Shown here piece after piece: positions 13,215 through 26,771 of a stretch of DNA of 59,080 nt (position 1 is the first letter of the stretch; every line of letters begins with the position of its first letter). The DNA is from Tricharina praecox. Taxonomy: Eukaryota. Location: contig NW_026250443.1 in NCBI RefSeq assembly GCF_024521635.1, positions 124,001-183,080 on the forward strand, read 5' to 3'. The translations under genes were made by a program, and so were the position numbers. The notes below the pieces were generated by a model that did not search any database, was not told the origin of the DNA, and saw only the letters and a list, made by a program, of their open reading frames with translations.

Positions 13215-13490
13215 GATGAAGGATCTGATAAGACAGGAGGAGGCGAACCTAGTCGGATCGAGTAAAACCGAACGTTGTAGGCGGCCGAGGAGAGTCATTT
13301 GCGATGACTCGTTGAATTTGGACATGATCTCAACTTCTTCAACCATATTTCATTTTCGCTGTCTGAGTCCTGAATTCTGGGAGTACGTTAGTCGCCCGGC
13401 TTGCCGTTGTGAATAAACAGCAATTGGAGCTGTTGATTACAGAGAAACCTCAAGCTTCCGCAACGTTTTCAATATCGGCGGATGTGCCTA
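13215..13490. repeat. Diverged direct duplicate of ~14460..14744 plus the sequence following 15699
   Basis: Shared blocks GATCTGATAAGA, AGTCGGATCG, AACGTTGTAGGC, GAGGAGAGTCAT, CATTTTCGC and AACGTTTT.AATATCGG. This copy lacks the Mutator insertion. Confidence 0.7.
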
Positions 13491-14744
13491 AGTTGATGAT
13501 TGGGATGATATCTTGACAGTGTGACCTACATACACTCAGGGAGTATACCACACTCGCTCGCTCTCGTTGGCCGCTGACGAACTGAGTAGGCGATCGTCCG
13601 GATTTCAACACGCAGCTGCGATTCGATGTGGGATCTCCGACGCTTCGATACCCGTCTTGCGCACACCACAGAACCCAAGGACGAGAGAGACTCTACGAGA
13701 GAGAGGTAAGATGTAGGAGTATGAAGATTGATAGACAGGGTGATAATTCCCCTCATCATAGAAGATCGCACCCAGCCTCTATGACAGCCCATATCAGCCT
13801 TGCGGGCACGATACCTCACTCGGACGTCCAAGTTCCAGTGCCCAGGGATTTTGCGTGCGAACGGAAACTGTGCGAACATATTACGTAGATATCGCAGGTG
13901 TGTTGAGCAGTTACTATAGAAGGTGAGATGCATAGGCCATCTGCGGAGAACATTCGAACCCCCCGCCTGACGTCGTGAGTCGTGCCCACGAAAGTTGGAA
14001 CTTGGTGTGGTGGAACTTGGATTCTGGAAGCCATCGATACGCACTCGACGAAACTCAGCCCAGCAGACAGTTGACCCGCAACCGACTACGTGCTAAGGCA
14101 AATGTTTTTCCTGATTTCTGGCGATGGGAAATTAGTTACTACGCATGGTCGAACAGATGCTACATGGCTTCCGGGTATCCACTACACTCTAGCTCTACTT
14201 TGCATTCACTCATCACTTTAAAAAGAACAACGGAAAGTCCTGGGGAGGCCCTCGTGACTTGGGAGACCACCTTCACCCTTCAGTGGCAGTGCCCGGGTGT
14301 CTGCAGGTAAAGCACTCCTATCACGCTTACCGGTACTCGCACTCGAGCCCACGGATGGGCAGCGACTCGTCCAGCGTAAAAACGACGTTCCCTTCCGGTT
14401 TACGTTCCCTTCGACTGCCGCTGTCGTCTGCCACCACTACCTTTGACTAGGTAGGATAGATCTACGATCTGATAAGAGGAGGTGCAGAGGCGAGTCGGAT
14501 CGGTGGGTCATCGGGACTAACAGGATCCACTGACACCAAACGTTGTAGGCTGCGGAGGAGAGTCATATTCGGTGGCTCTTCGAAGTTGCATACAGCCTCA
14601 ACGTCTTCATCATCTTCCATTTTCGCCGTCTGATTTCTAGAATTACGTCAGCCGCCCCAATTTTCGCCACGAACAAAAGCAATTGTGGCTGCGACATATC
14701 GTGGCTTACGAGGAAACGAGGAGCTTCTGTAACGTTTTTAATAT

Positions 14745-15699
14745 CGGTTTTTGACGAGGATAATCCAGTTTACAAATTGAATGACGAGGGTAATCCAGTT
14801 GTCTTTTTTAGACGAGGGTAGTGTAGTTTTTTTTTTTTTTTGGACGAGGATGATCCAGTTTACAAATTTAATGCCGAGGGTAATCCACAATAAGCGCTCA
14901 GCTGCCGTGCTGCGCCACAGCGCCAGCGCGCCAGTGTCAGAAAATAATACCACAGAGAGAGAACATCATCAATTGATTGTCGCATGCAGCATTACTAGAC
15001 TATCCATTTACGACTCTACCCAGAGTAACATTTGTATGCGCCTTTCACCATATAGAGGCATAATGGCCTGTCTCTTTGCATTTTAAGCAGCGGGGTGGAG
15101 CAAGGTCTGGGATATTCAACAGCCACCCTGATGCTCCTGCGGGTATATCTTTCTCATTTCACCCTTTGTCATCCGCTTCTTGGGGGGTCGCCCTTTCGGA
15201 ACGCGGGTGAGTGGAGGTTCACATTTTGCCACCACCACCACCTCCTCCTCCTCCTCCTCCTCCTGCTCCTGCTCCTGATCCTGATCCTCCTTCTCGGATC
15301 GCTGTGCTTCACCATGCTTGTTTTCCATCGATACCAGTAGAATTGCAGCATTGTATGCTGCCATCCAGTTATGCCGTGACATGTAGTCAGGCATGAAGGC
15401 TATCGGAACCTTCATGATAGCTTGGATAACTGTCACGGCATGTCCACATGGAGCACCGGTATCTTGTCAGCGGACACACGTGCAAGTACGCTGCGTGAGA
15501 TTTTCTGAGAATCATCGCTGATCGGACATCTAATTTCATGGTCATCCACACATGTACCCATCTGTACATTTTAAAGGGTTGGGTGATTGGGATGGAATCA
15601 ATCTTTTCTGACGCTGGCGCGCTGGCGGTGTGGCGCAGCATCGCGGCTGAGCGCTAAACTAAACAGACAAAAAAACTGGATTACTCTCGTCAAAACCCG
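14745..15699 (-). mobile_element. Non-autonomous Mutator-like (MULE) element, 955 bp
   Basis: TIRs CGGTTTTTGACGAGGATAATCCAGTTT / CGGGTTTTGACGAGAGTAATCCAGTTT and subterminal inverted blocks (14891-14945 vs 15604-15657). 9-bp TSD TTTTAATAT at 14736-14744 and 15700-15708. Internal minus-strand transposase relic with a SWIM finger (CTCVR*QDTGAPCGHA), PKGRPPKKR and CKETGH. Confidence 0.88.
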
Positions 15700-17594
15700 T
15701 TTTAATATCGGCGGAAATGCATAAACCTATCAGATACTATCGCTGACCCGAGGGGCTAGGCCACATGGGAGGCTATGGCACCGCTGACACACTCGTCTCG
15801 ATGACTTCGCATCGTCGTCGCACTCTTGTATCACAGCCGGGTAGAAGTGCCGTATTCAGGTTGCATAGATTACCCCGCATCATCATGGGGTTGGATGTCT
15901 CCGACGTGTTTACAGCTGACCATCGAACGTCGCGTAAGACACCACGATTCACATTCCCCGAACAGCCCGAGACGGTCTCAATCTACCCGTCACACGAAAA
16001 TTTCACAAACGGATACACCCATCGCCCAGATGTCCTCCGATGCCTCGCGATTGCATGTCATCAATCCGAGTCTCTCCACCGATTGCACGAAATATTCCCG
16101 CTGGTAGTCTCTCTACTGGCCGTCGGGTCGGACAGTGGCGGGGAACCGCAGTGTGTACATATATTGCCATGATCTGCTTAGGTCGCAAGAAATTACTGAT
16201 TAAACAAAAAAAAATCTCCGTGCTGGCCGGTAGCTGGGTATCACTCCCATTGCCCAGATCGGTCTGATTGATTGTATGCGCGTGTTTGTTGTCGCAAAAG
16301 CATGGAAAAATCGACGTTGTGGTAGCGTTCCACTGAACTCTGACGGTAGTCACGACATGATCGGGGTCGCACTCATCATTGGACATGTTCGGATGAAGGA
16401 TATGCCCTAATGTTCCATATACTTGTTAAGAGAAGACGAAGATATTCTATTCAATACCCTAACAACATCATTGGCAACTAGTGAATCTCCCAGGTATATA
16501 CACATAACAGACCTCTTGGTCGACGATGGCTGCCCTCTCAAGGCGGCACTCGGTCATCCGACTTCCTCTCCGCAGACCTCTGTACCAGCCATCAGATCAT
16601 CTCCGAGCGTTCGATTTTTGACAGTACTGTAGCGCATGTATTAAATCTCCCGCTCAGCACTCCGTCTCGTGGACACCTCCCACCAGCATAACCCGATCGC
16701 GTGCAACTTTATCCCCCTTCGGAGGTCATCATAATAGGCTCCCCTAATTTATGACAAATCTCTCAACCGTTCTTGTCTTATCGTAGGACAGCTCCCGGGC
16801 TATCGGACAAGACGCCTCGATCACGTGCAGTCGGCTAGCTGCCATAGGGTGCTGCCGTGCATACGCTGGCGCCGACCCCGCTGGTGAGTCGTTCATCCGC
16901 ATGGGACGGGACGTATTTGGAGGTATTGAGCACTCGAGTCCCACTGTTCAAATTTTGTATGAAGAGCTGGCAAAGCAAGCCGACAGTTCTGTTGCAGCAG
17001 GAAATGTTAGTACATAGCAGTGGTTCTTACGGTCTACTCCATTGCAATGTCACCATGTTTGTGGAATTAATACGGATCCGCGGCGGGCACCCTGCACATC
17101 GACCGAGCACACGGCGTGTCGCTTTAAACATTCGAGGGTTGCGGCCCAGTCGTGATGCCGATATGCTGGTGGTGTTTAGAGCCACGCCAATTGCTTCGCG
17201 TATCTTCCGGTTAAGTGAAGTGAAATGCTTCTCATATCAGTCGTTGAAAAACACATTCAACGTCCCAAATTTGGCGCAACTACGTACATTGAAACGTCCG
17301 GACCCGGCGATACATTCTCTATTACTAACTGCAATGATAGAAAGATCGTGACATTGGTCGGCTGCGTTGTGCCCGAATATGGCACAACAGAATCGGCTAA
17401 GCCGCGTAGACGTCTCCATTTGTTTTCCATCAACCGACCGCAAACTCACTGCTGACGAAAGAAAATGAAAGCAAGTAGTATTGAAATAGCTGAACTGAAT
17501 ATGACTAACATTCTAACGGTTGGAGTAACAGATTCACAAAAGAAAAATGAAGGGAATCAACTGGGAGGTCGGGGAGCTGGCCTGTGTGAGCATA

Positions 17595-20150
17595 TCACGT
17601 TGAGTTGTTTGCATCGCGGAGCAGCTGGATCATGTACCTGCGTCCATGCCTCTCCGCACATCTCAGCGGCGACAACCCGGATTTTTTTGTCACCCGGAGG
17701 TCAGCGCCACGTGCGAGCAGCAGCAGGGCAACCCCGCCTTGTCCTTCCCTCGCCGCAACGTGCAGCGGCGTCGAATCGTCCCGTGTGGCCGGCAGGGCGA
17801 TCGCCTCGTTTCCGTGAGATGCTGCAACATGTAGCGGCGTTGACCTATCCTGTGCAGCCGCCGAGACATCGGCACCACGATTGACAAGGAGCAGGGCTAT
17901 CGATTCGAATCTGCCCCTCGCCGCAAAGTGCAGCGGTGTCTCCCCGTCAATGGTTACCGCTGAGGGATCAGCGCCACGGGCAAGGAGCACCCGGGCGAAA
18001 GCCTCGTGTCCGTTATCCGCCGCTTTGCGTAGTGGCGCACATGCTAGAGTTATGCGCTCCTACGTCTAGCAAATTCTGAGCCACTTCCAGATCTCCAAGC
18101 GTACACACGTCGGGAAGCAACCCATCTATCTGGTCCCTGCGTTCTGACTTGAGTTTGAAAGTAGTGGTCAACTTCAATCTGATACGAGCCTCCAGACTAA
18201 ATTCGGACTCAAATGAGCTGGTGAATTCCCGTCCTAATCCAAAGACGCAGACTGTGGAAAGAATGTCACATGTTTTGTGAAGCATTTTGAACCTACGCCA
18301 ACATCCGTCGGCGTTGGAATACTTTTTGGCCCGACAGTGGCTGCTGTGATAGCTCAACCATTGCTGATGCGTCATTGCCGATGTGAATGCCTCCCAAAGC
18401 CCGATCAAGATTGGACAACCTTCGCCGCCATGGCCAAAATGCCATGGCCAAAATACAGCGGCGTACCAGAACATGTGACGCTCGCTATGATGCTCCTCCT
18501 CAGTGTTAAGCGTCCAGTCGTAATCATACCAGGAGTCGAGTGTGCACAGAAATGAGAGGCAGACTTTCGCAATTTTGGTATGTGTATCTACTTTGGCCAG
18601 TTTGAAATCCAAACACTCCACCACGGATAGATGTGCAAATCGGAACACGTTGAGGCGTTCGTCCAGAATAATGAGGATGTGGCACGCCTTTAACAGTTCG
18701 TTCGCCTTGACTGTAGGGTTGTGGGGAAAATGACCACAGCCATGGACCTGCATTGTGATGGCATCAAGCAGCGTCTCAGATCGTAGCGGCTCGTACGAGT
18801 ATTGAAGCCAACGGAAGGCTTTGACTGCTAGTTGTGGAGCGTTGCCACTGTGCGCCATAATGCGGTTGAATATCTCGGCGTATGCGTCTATGAGAGTGTC
18901 CGGAAGGGTCTTTAGGCTGCGTCTCACGTCGTCCGCGGTGGACATGTTGCAGAGAAAGGTAATTTGAAGAGCAGCAGTTGGAACTTGCACCGCCCTGTTG
19001 GTATTTGAACCTAGTGGCCGCCTGTGCTAACTTACATTCCCCTAGATTGCTCACATAGGACTTCACATATTTCATCCTTTAACCCATATGGAACATTGCC
19101 GTGAAGAAGCTCCTTATCCTCGATAGCGCCACGAACAGTCATTTTCACGAACTGGATAATGTTGGTCACATTGTCGTCTGGTTGCAACTGGATCCTAGGA
19201 AACGTCTCGAACTGCAGGAATATATCTATGTCCATTCGCGTGGTTGCAAAAATCTTGACAAGATTCTTTGATCTTTCGACGAGGTGCTTCAGCGCATGAA
19301 GTAGTTTCAACCGCACTGTATGATCGATTTCGTCGAAAGCATCTATGCATATTGTCGTTCGAGGATGTATATCCGTGAGTTGAAGGAGAAGCGCCTCGCT
19401 TTCTGTCAGGGTCAGTCGTGATGACGTTTGCCCATTCTTCTCTCGCTCTGTGTAGATCTCTAAAACTGGCTGTAGAAGTGCTTCTGAATCCGTCTGGACA
19501 AGCTGCTCAATGAGCGCGCTAAGAATATTCTCAGGATCTCTACGATTCTCCTCGGCTCGATTACAGCAGAAGTATGCTAACTTTCCGTCTGCCGGAGTTG
19601 AAAGGTATGAATCGATGGCCCGTGATGCAGCGTAGGTTTTGCCGGCGCCAGCTATCGGAATAGGTAAGACGAGAACCTTTTCCAGTGAATGAGGTTCACG
19701 GAGACTTACGAATTCCCCGCAACATCACTTTTGAAACACTCAAGGATTTCCAACTGCAGAACTTCTTCCTCCCCAAAATCCACTCGCAAGTGCCTGCTAG
19801 ACGCCCATCGCTGATACGCTTGTGGTGGCTGATGTACGAAATTGTGGAGATCCAATTCAGAATCTCGGTTCTAGTGGCGTTTAGCTACAATGTGAGTGAT
19901 CCGCGAAGATATTCGCAGACTAATCAATTTTCGACGTAGCAATGCCGCTTACCGTGTGATCTACCACCGCGAGGTCTCGTTAGCCATCATGAATCCCCCG
20001 TCGGTACATCATCAGTTTGCCGGATTCAAGGGAAAGGCTTACCCGCCGGTGACGAACGTCTTCCCACCGTGAAGCTCTCCTCCAAGGATCTCGATGTGCA
20101 TGGCCGCGTCCGGGTAGTTTCGTGTCTTCCATGCATTACCGGAACTACGT
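17595..20150 (-). pseudogene. Disabled NACHT-ankyrin NLR (paralogue of 37176..40341)
   Basis: P-loop GIPGAGKT, Walker B ICIDAFDE, FRFAHLSV and ankyrin repeats at 17595-18040. Relative to the paralogue, two splice acceptors read AA instead of AG (19881, 18985). There is a frameshift near 18050 before the ankyrins and an in-frame deletion in one repeat. Confidence 0.8.
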
Positions 20151-20394
20151 GGCCGTAATAAGTGACTCCGGTTGTTTATTGGTCAGTGATATAAAATCGT
20201 GTGTGCAACTGCAGCCGACCCGCGGCGGAGATGACAGGAAGACGTCAGCATCGTAACATGACCTACGAAACAAGTTTCCGGGATTTCGTGCGCTCGAGCA
20301 TGCATCGCATACTCGTGCCAACGTGCCTATCACCATCACCGGCCGCTCACAGGATCGCGCCCTGGGGTACTCCTACGAGTGCGTTACCAGAGCG

Positions 20395-20653
20395 TGGCCT
20401 TGGTCGGTCGGGAAAAAATTAAGTAGACCCGACCTAGGTTTTGGTAGGTCGGGATATGTCCCGACCAATCAGACCTTGCCAGGCTCCGTCGACCTAGGTC
20501 GGCCGACGTCGGGTTAACTGTTAATTCAATCAGTCGCAAAATTTTACTTAGTTCTGGCGGTTATTAGAGCATTTCCGACGTCAAATCTTGTTTCTTAGCC
20601 AAACGTATACCGACCCAAGATATTTTGGTCGGACTGGTCTATGTAGAACACTG
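20395..20653. mobile_element. Truncated hAT-type MITE, family A
   Basis: Right TIR CTGGTCTATGTAGAACACTG ends at 20653. The body matches the reverse complement of 26167..26507 (GACGTCGGGTTAACTG). The other end is missing. Confidence 0.8.
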
Positions 20654-21147
20654 GACGCCGTGTGTTGCTTTTCCAATACATGTGCTACTGGTGCACGCGG
20701 ATATCCTGCCTGCGCGCCTCTAGAAATAATGTATCCAGCGATCAGATATCTCTGGGGCGCGAGGGTGCGTATGTGAATGAGATACGAGCGTTCTTCGTGC
20801 TACCTATCGTGTGTGGACTTTGGGTGGTTGGTGGGTTGAATTCGACAGGGTTACCGCGGGTAGAAACTGGAGAACACGGAGATGGAGACGGATAGAGGGG
20901 CATCCACTGTTGTGTCGGTGGGATGTGCGGGACTTACCGGGGGGAAAGCGCACGCATAGACGGCAAGGGAGGATGTCTCATCATCCATTGCCACAGGAGG
21001 TATCTACATACTGGTAGCAATCTAGGAAAATTCGGGCAATACCGGTAATCGCATCCTCCATAGCTCAACCCGTCCATCCCCGCACCAACTCCCACTCGTC
21101 GAATACAATACTACTTCACATCTGGCAAACGACAGCCCACTACCCAC

Positions 21148-22731
21148 CTACTTTGTTTCAATCTTCTCCGTCTCCGGCTTCCTCCCCACGATGTGCAACA
21201 TATGCTGGTACACGTGGACCTTGCGGCTATTAACCTCCGCAACGGACTTTGCGCACTCCATCTGGACGTCTTCGGGTTTCATGCCGAGGACTCTCGTCAT
21301 AGGCGCCATAGCGTACGACTGCCACCACCCGCTGTTAGCCGACTCCACTCCCCACGCACACGCATTCCACCCCCCACTTCTAGGAACATACCTCCAGCCC
21401 CGTAACCGCCGTCAGTGCCATGATCTGGCCGACCTTCTTCATCTCTGGATTCTTCGGCCAGGGTCCCCAGGGCTGCTTGATATCGTGCACGACAACATCG
21501 ACGAACCCCGCGTCTTCAGCGTACTTCTTCAGCGCCGCGCCAGACGGCAGGATCAGCCCCGCGGCCACCAACGCTTTCTCGAATTTCTTCCCCAGTCCCT
21601 CGATCGCGCTGCCTGCGTGCGTGTGGTCGTCGCAGTCCAGCGACATCATCGCTTCCGCGAGCTCGATGTAGCCGCCGGGTTTGGTGTGTCTGGGGCAGTT
21701 GTCAGTGGACTGGGGACCCGAAGGTGGCAGCAGGGGATGAGGAAGTGGGCGGGGGAACAAACGTGAACATCTGCGACACGTAGCGAGGCCAATCCTTAAT
21801 GCTCTGGGCGATATTGCGCGAGTGGATGAAATCGAAGTCGTCGGCGCGGTAGGTCCAATCCAGCTCGAGGTCGTCGACTTCGAAGCGCACGTTTGGGACT
21901 ACCCTGCAAGCCGCGGGGTATGTCAGTTAGAATCATCGGGCAGCATCCTTCATAGTTCTACCATTCCGGCTGAATAGGACTCAGATCGACACCGATGACT
22001 TCCGCCGAGGGGAAAACCTCGCCCGCATCGAGCGCCCAGATCCCCGTCCCGGTGCCGCAGTCCAGGATTCGCTGCGGGTTCTTGATCGGTGCCATACACA
22101 GCTCGCCGTGCAGCGAGAGCAGTTGCAGGTGGTGGTAGAGGTCAAGTCTAATTCGCGATTGACTTGTTAACTACGCCTGGGCATCGAGGCGACAAGGCGG
22201 GGGTGTGCGTGCGTACCGGTCTTGTTCTGTCTGTACCGCTCCGACTGGGAGTTAGCAGATAAACGCCCAACCGCTTGCGGAACTCGGAGATCACCGACCT
22301 CGTCATTTGGCAGCATGTACTGACCCTCCTGGAAACGATGATAGCGGCGTCCTAACGCATCATGTCAGTACTGTATCCAGCTTCAAATGTTGGCGGCAAT
22401 GCCACGCCACGCATCCGCGAAGATGGTATTCGAGGAGAGCTACCGTTTTCGTACACATAGTCGACGACGGACTGGGAGAGGCTCTGCGTCGACGTCGCCA
22501 GGGTGCTCGAGTACCCGGACTCGTCATCGCCGTCGGTGTCGGCTTCCAACTGCGGTACGGTAGGCACCCGTCAGTAGTGTACCGTGTATGGGTATCGATG
22601 GGAGCGACGAAAAGAGAACGACGACTGCCTAGTAGGCGGGAGACATCGCTCGAGAGACTCCCGCCCGCGAGTCTGTACGCGAGACTGGAGACTGCACTTA
22701 CGGGCTGCGAGTCGTGTGCCTCTGACGCCAT
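21148..22731 (-). CDS. LaeA-like SAM-dependent methyltransferase, 8 exons including a 14-nt micro-exon (22217-22230)
   Basis: MASEAHDSQP|LEADTD..VDYVYENG|RRYHRFQEGQYMLPNDE|TEQDR|LDLYHH..ILDCGTGTGIWA..FEVDD..KPGGYIE..WPKN..GRKPE, with canonical splice sites. Confidence 0.92.
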
Positions 22732-22887
22732 CCTCAATCTTCCGAGTTCGCGTGTGTGTAGAGGTGAGGTAGTATCGTGTCTTCGCGTTCCGCTTCGGTA
22801 GTGTAGGGTGGCAGGGCTGTGTAGATGAAGGATTCGCGAACAATCCTCGTTTCCGCAGGCGAGGCGGGATGCGGTGGGTACTAAGTA

Positions 22888-22925
22888 CTCTGCTCTGCTC
22901 TGCTCTTCTCTACTCTGCTCTACTC
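22888..22925. repeat. Imperfect (CTCTG)n microsatellite upstream of the methyltransferase
   Basis: ctctgctctgctctgctcttctctactctgctctactc. Confidence 0.7.
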
Positions 22926-25900
22926 CACTTTGACTTACGTACGCCCTCGCGGCAGATAAGCAGAATCGTAGCGATAGCCGCGGGCCCTGCGAGCGGGGAA
23001 TCCCGGTCCACCCTGCTCTCATATGTGGCCAAGGTCCCCCCTGGCTAACCACAAGCGACCGCCCCGCAGCATGCCGCGTACCTTATGCGGACCTACACAC
23101 GGATGTAAAGTGCCGCAACAGCCGGCAATCGCACTTGCACCAGCCGAACCTGTCTGTCGGTGGTACCACGAGGGGAGTCGCGCGATATGCGGCAGTGCAG
23201 TGCATCCGCAGCTGGCGGGTGGAAGTAATTGAGTTTTCGCGTGGCGCGCAGAGGTGGTGGAGATATAGTGGAGTGCACCGTCGGGAAGCACCTGCTGTTG
23301 CTGGATTCGTGCGTGAAGGATGGGGTTGATAGGCGTTTGTAAAACGGTGCTCGGGGCCACGCTGCAAAATGACTTAGGTAGAATAGAGTACCGGTGCCAA
23401 TACCGGACATGTGGATGGTCGGGGGATGAAAAGGCGATCATTACAACTATCATTCAGAGTTCCATCTAGGTATGTGCTCTATTCGAGCCTCCCCTATCTG
23501 GGGCGCATCGTCAGATGTTGTTTTGTTTGATCACACCCGGACATACATAATCAACCTATGTTTTCAACTGCTACCATCAAGCTTGTCACTTCGGCATTCG
23601 TTTCTAGCTATGTCCTGCGGACCACCGTTTATTAAAAAAAAAGAGTCAATCGTCCACTGACCGGCCCGGCTCCGTGTGGTAGATAATGCGCGGCGGACCT
23701 TCGTGCCCGCCGACTGGGCAGTGGGTACCGAACGGCGGTGACCAGTGAAGAAAAAGACGCATAAAAGAAGTAGGAGATACGCACTTGAAACATCTGTGCA
23801 GTCTGGGCTGTTCACCGCCCACCGCCCCCGACCGCTCCGAGTCTATCCTCATCGCAGCAACTATCACTACTACCACCTCTGGTCCGTATCGCTCCGGGAG
23901 GCAACCACACTCTCAATCACTGCTGTAGTCTGCTCGAATCCCGGCTCTGCTAGCACGACTACCAATCGCGTGATGACTGCTGCACCAAGTCCGCCGCGTC
24001 GGAACGGCGAAGACTGGCCGATAGACCCCCGTCTATTGCTCGTCATGGAGAACGCGCGTGTTGCTAAGGCCGGGGGTTCGATTGGTGAACAACGATCAAA
24101 TCAGTGTTCTTCACCGATTGATGATTTCTCAGTACTGATATCCTACGCGCCAGCGCGTCAGTTCATCCCTCTCTCCTCCACAAGCTGTGAAAATGAGCAC
24201 CATATCTCACTCGGACACCCAAGGTCCACGCCCGAAATCAGGTTTTTATCAAAGGCTTTTCGCGATAGTCAAATAGGCTGCATGCGAAAGGTATTCCAGC
24301 GGAAATATTCGCTCCTGTTGATCGCATATCCCAGGAAGGATTAGTGGGACGATTCCCAGGTCTGGTGGGAATCTATGGCATTAGACACTCTGGATGTGTG
24401 AGTAGGTACGCGAGTAGGTACTTGTGTAGTCACGTGGACGCCTCAATGCTGACAGCAAACACAGCTAAAGTAGCGGAATGAATGATGGAACTATGCTAGG
24501 ACACAAACGAAGGTCTTTTCTCGCAAACGAAAGGACTACAATTACCACAAATCACTGGTTTCGCGGTTGGAAACGAATGATCCCCGCGGCGAGGGCTGCA
24601 GGGTGTGCCTTGAACAGCCGGTATCGAGCTCGCGGTGAGCGGTCAGTGTCGCCCTGGGCGAAATGAATATGTAGTCTGCCATGATTTACTACGGGTTGTC
24701 AGGCCTCAGAGAGTGTTGAAAGGAGTGATATGGGACGGGCGTCATGCGGGGATCGCCTCGACTATTAGAAAGTAACCAACTCTATCTGAACTTGCATTGA
24801 GCAAGGCGAGCGAGAATGTCTAGGAAAAAACTCTGTGGGTACTACCAATAATTATCTTTGCACACCACCCTCATCCAATTTAGGTGTTGCCCGTTTAGAC
24901 ACTCGTCCGTTTGCCAAATTTCCCTACGTGCGCGTAGGGCGGTGAACCACCGTCCGGACTACAGTCCCGAGCGGACTATGCCGAACACTGGGTCACCATA
25001 CCTGCTCATCTGTGGTCGTAGTTATGGCGGTGGTTCAATTTTCCCGGGATGACGGTGGGTACCATTACTGAACCTCTGACGGCTGACGAACGAGTGGCGC
25101 TCCCATGATCATCAGGACGATGATTCATAGCTGCCACTAATTCGTCGTGTTTGAAGCGTCAACGTCAAGTGATGAGCTGTTGGGCAGGTGTCAAGTCTCC
25201 GGGTCTGGTCGCCCCCACTATCTCGCCTGTGGAACGCTCTCCTCTGTAGAAGAACCAGAGTGCAGCGAAACGATAACGTGCCGTCTCTGGCATCGGACGT
25301 ATCATCCTGTGGTGCAACTGTGGCGCGCTTGCTCTGTTCGGGATGGTTGATCAATAGAACCTTTTAACCATTCACTCCTATCGCACCCACCATCGCCGTG
25401 GCCAGGTATACGCTGTGAACCTGCCGGATCCGTTCGGCAATCGCATCCACCGATACACACTTTGCGGAAGCCATATCCGCCTGGCGGTTACATCCACGCA
25501 ACCAAAACCAAGCGGAACGCACATCCACTCGGCGATTGCATCCGTCGGAGAAAAAAAACCGCTCGGAAGTTGGTTCCGTCGACAAAGCCTACGGCGTATA
25601 AATTGCTATCATCCCACAGCTGTCGACGCGGCAAGGCGAGTGCGAGCAAGTGATGCAGACGTCCGCTTGCCGCGGGCGGCGGGGCGACTTCCCAGCTCCG
25701 TCAATCGCAAGAAGCCTTTAGCCGTTTGGGAGCTGGGGTTTCAAAGACAATCGAGCTCACTCTTAGAGAAGGTATCGCCTTGCCGACTATGATTTGTTTC
25801 CCGGATGGGCTCGATGGTGATACGGCCCGTTCATCAGAATACGGGCCGTTGGCATTGGACTGCAGTCCGCCCTGACCTTAAAACCGTTTGGATTAGTCCG

Positions 25901-26166
25901 TTCGAACACCGCTCCCGGACCGATTGCTAAGATATAGTCCAGTCCGGTCCAAGGCCCAGGACGGACGGACCGGACAACCTATGTCCAACACTAGGTATAC
26001 CGCAGTGCAATCGCCCTGTTGGTCTGCGCAACCATCGAACACCCCCCCCTAGCTAGATAGGTACTTGATGTGGCTCATATGCAGAGCGAGTCGAATTTAA
26101 TGGAGCATCAGGGCTAGAGCCTCGAGTGCGGTAGTGCCCTCCATCTCCCGAAGTACCACCTTGCGG

Positions 26167-26507
26167 CAGGGTTCTACATAGATCAGTGCCGACTAAATTT
26201 GGGTATCGTCTGGTCGGGTCGGGATTCGTCTGGTTGAGAAACAACATTTGACGTAGGAAATGGTCTAACTATCGCCAAAAATCAGGAAAATTTTGCGGCT
26301 GATAGAATTGACAGTTAACCCGACGTCGGCCGAACTAGGCTGACCTAGCTTAGTGAGGACGGGTTGGTTTACATATATCCCGACCAATCAAACCCACGAT
26401 CTGGTCTGCTTATTTTTATCCCGACCGGAAAATCGAAGGTCAGGTCGGCGTGTTGGCAGACCGATTTAGACCGGTCGCTCGACCGGTTTGCTCTATGTAG
26501 AACACTG
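26167..26507. mobile_element. hAT-type MITE, family A, 341 bp
   Basis: TIRs CAGGGTTCTACATAGA...TCTATGTAGAACACTG, degenerate 8-bp TSD CCTTGCGG / CCTCGCGA, and internal CCGAC/GTCGG repeats. Confidence 0.82.
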
Positions 26508-26771
26508 CCTCGCGACTTGCCAGCACGTACGCCTGCACGGCTGCCACTCTGCTGCGGATGGCTGTGCTACAATCAAGCCGCAGCCGGTGCCGATATGTCG
26601 CCACGTAATGGATACCTAGTTTTATTGACTCAGTGTTCAGCCGCACGGAACGAAACGCGACGGGGCAATTGGCGACAACGTGAGTGCGAAAGCGCGCCGA
26701 GAAATATCAAAACGAGATCCAGCAGCTTCGCCGTCAGGACAACACGGTGCGACAAATCCCGAAACTCGAAA

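Noticed and set aside
15850..16300. Protein kinase relic on the minus strand (SEDIWAMGVSVCEIF, TDLGNG)
   Set aside because: Only isolated motif-like words in different frames; no catalytic loop found.
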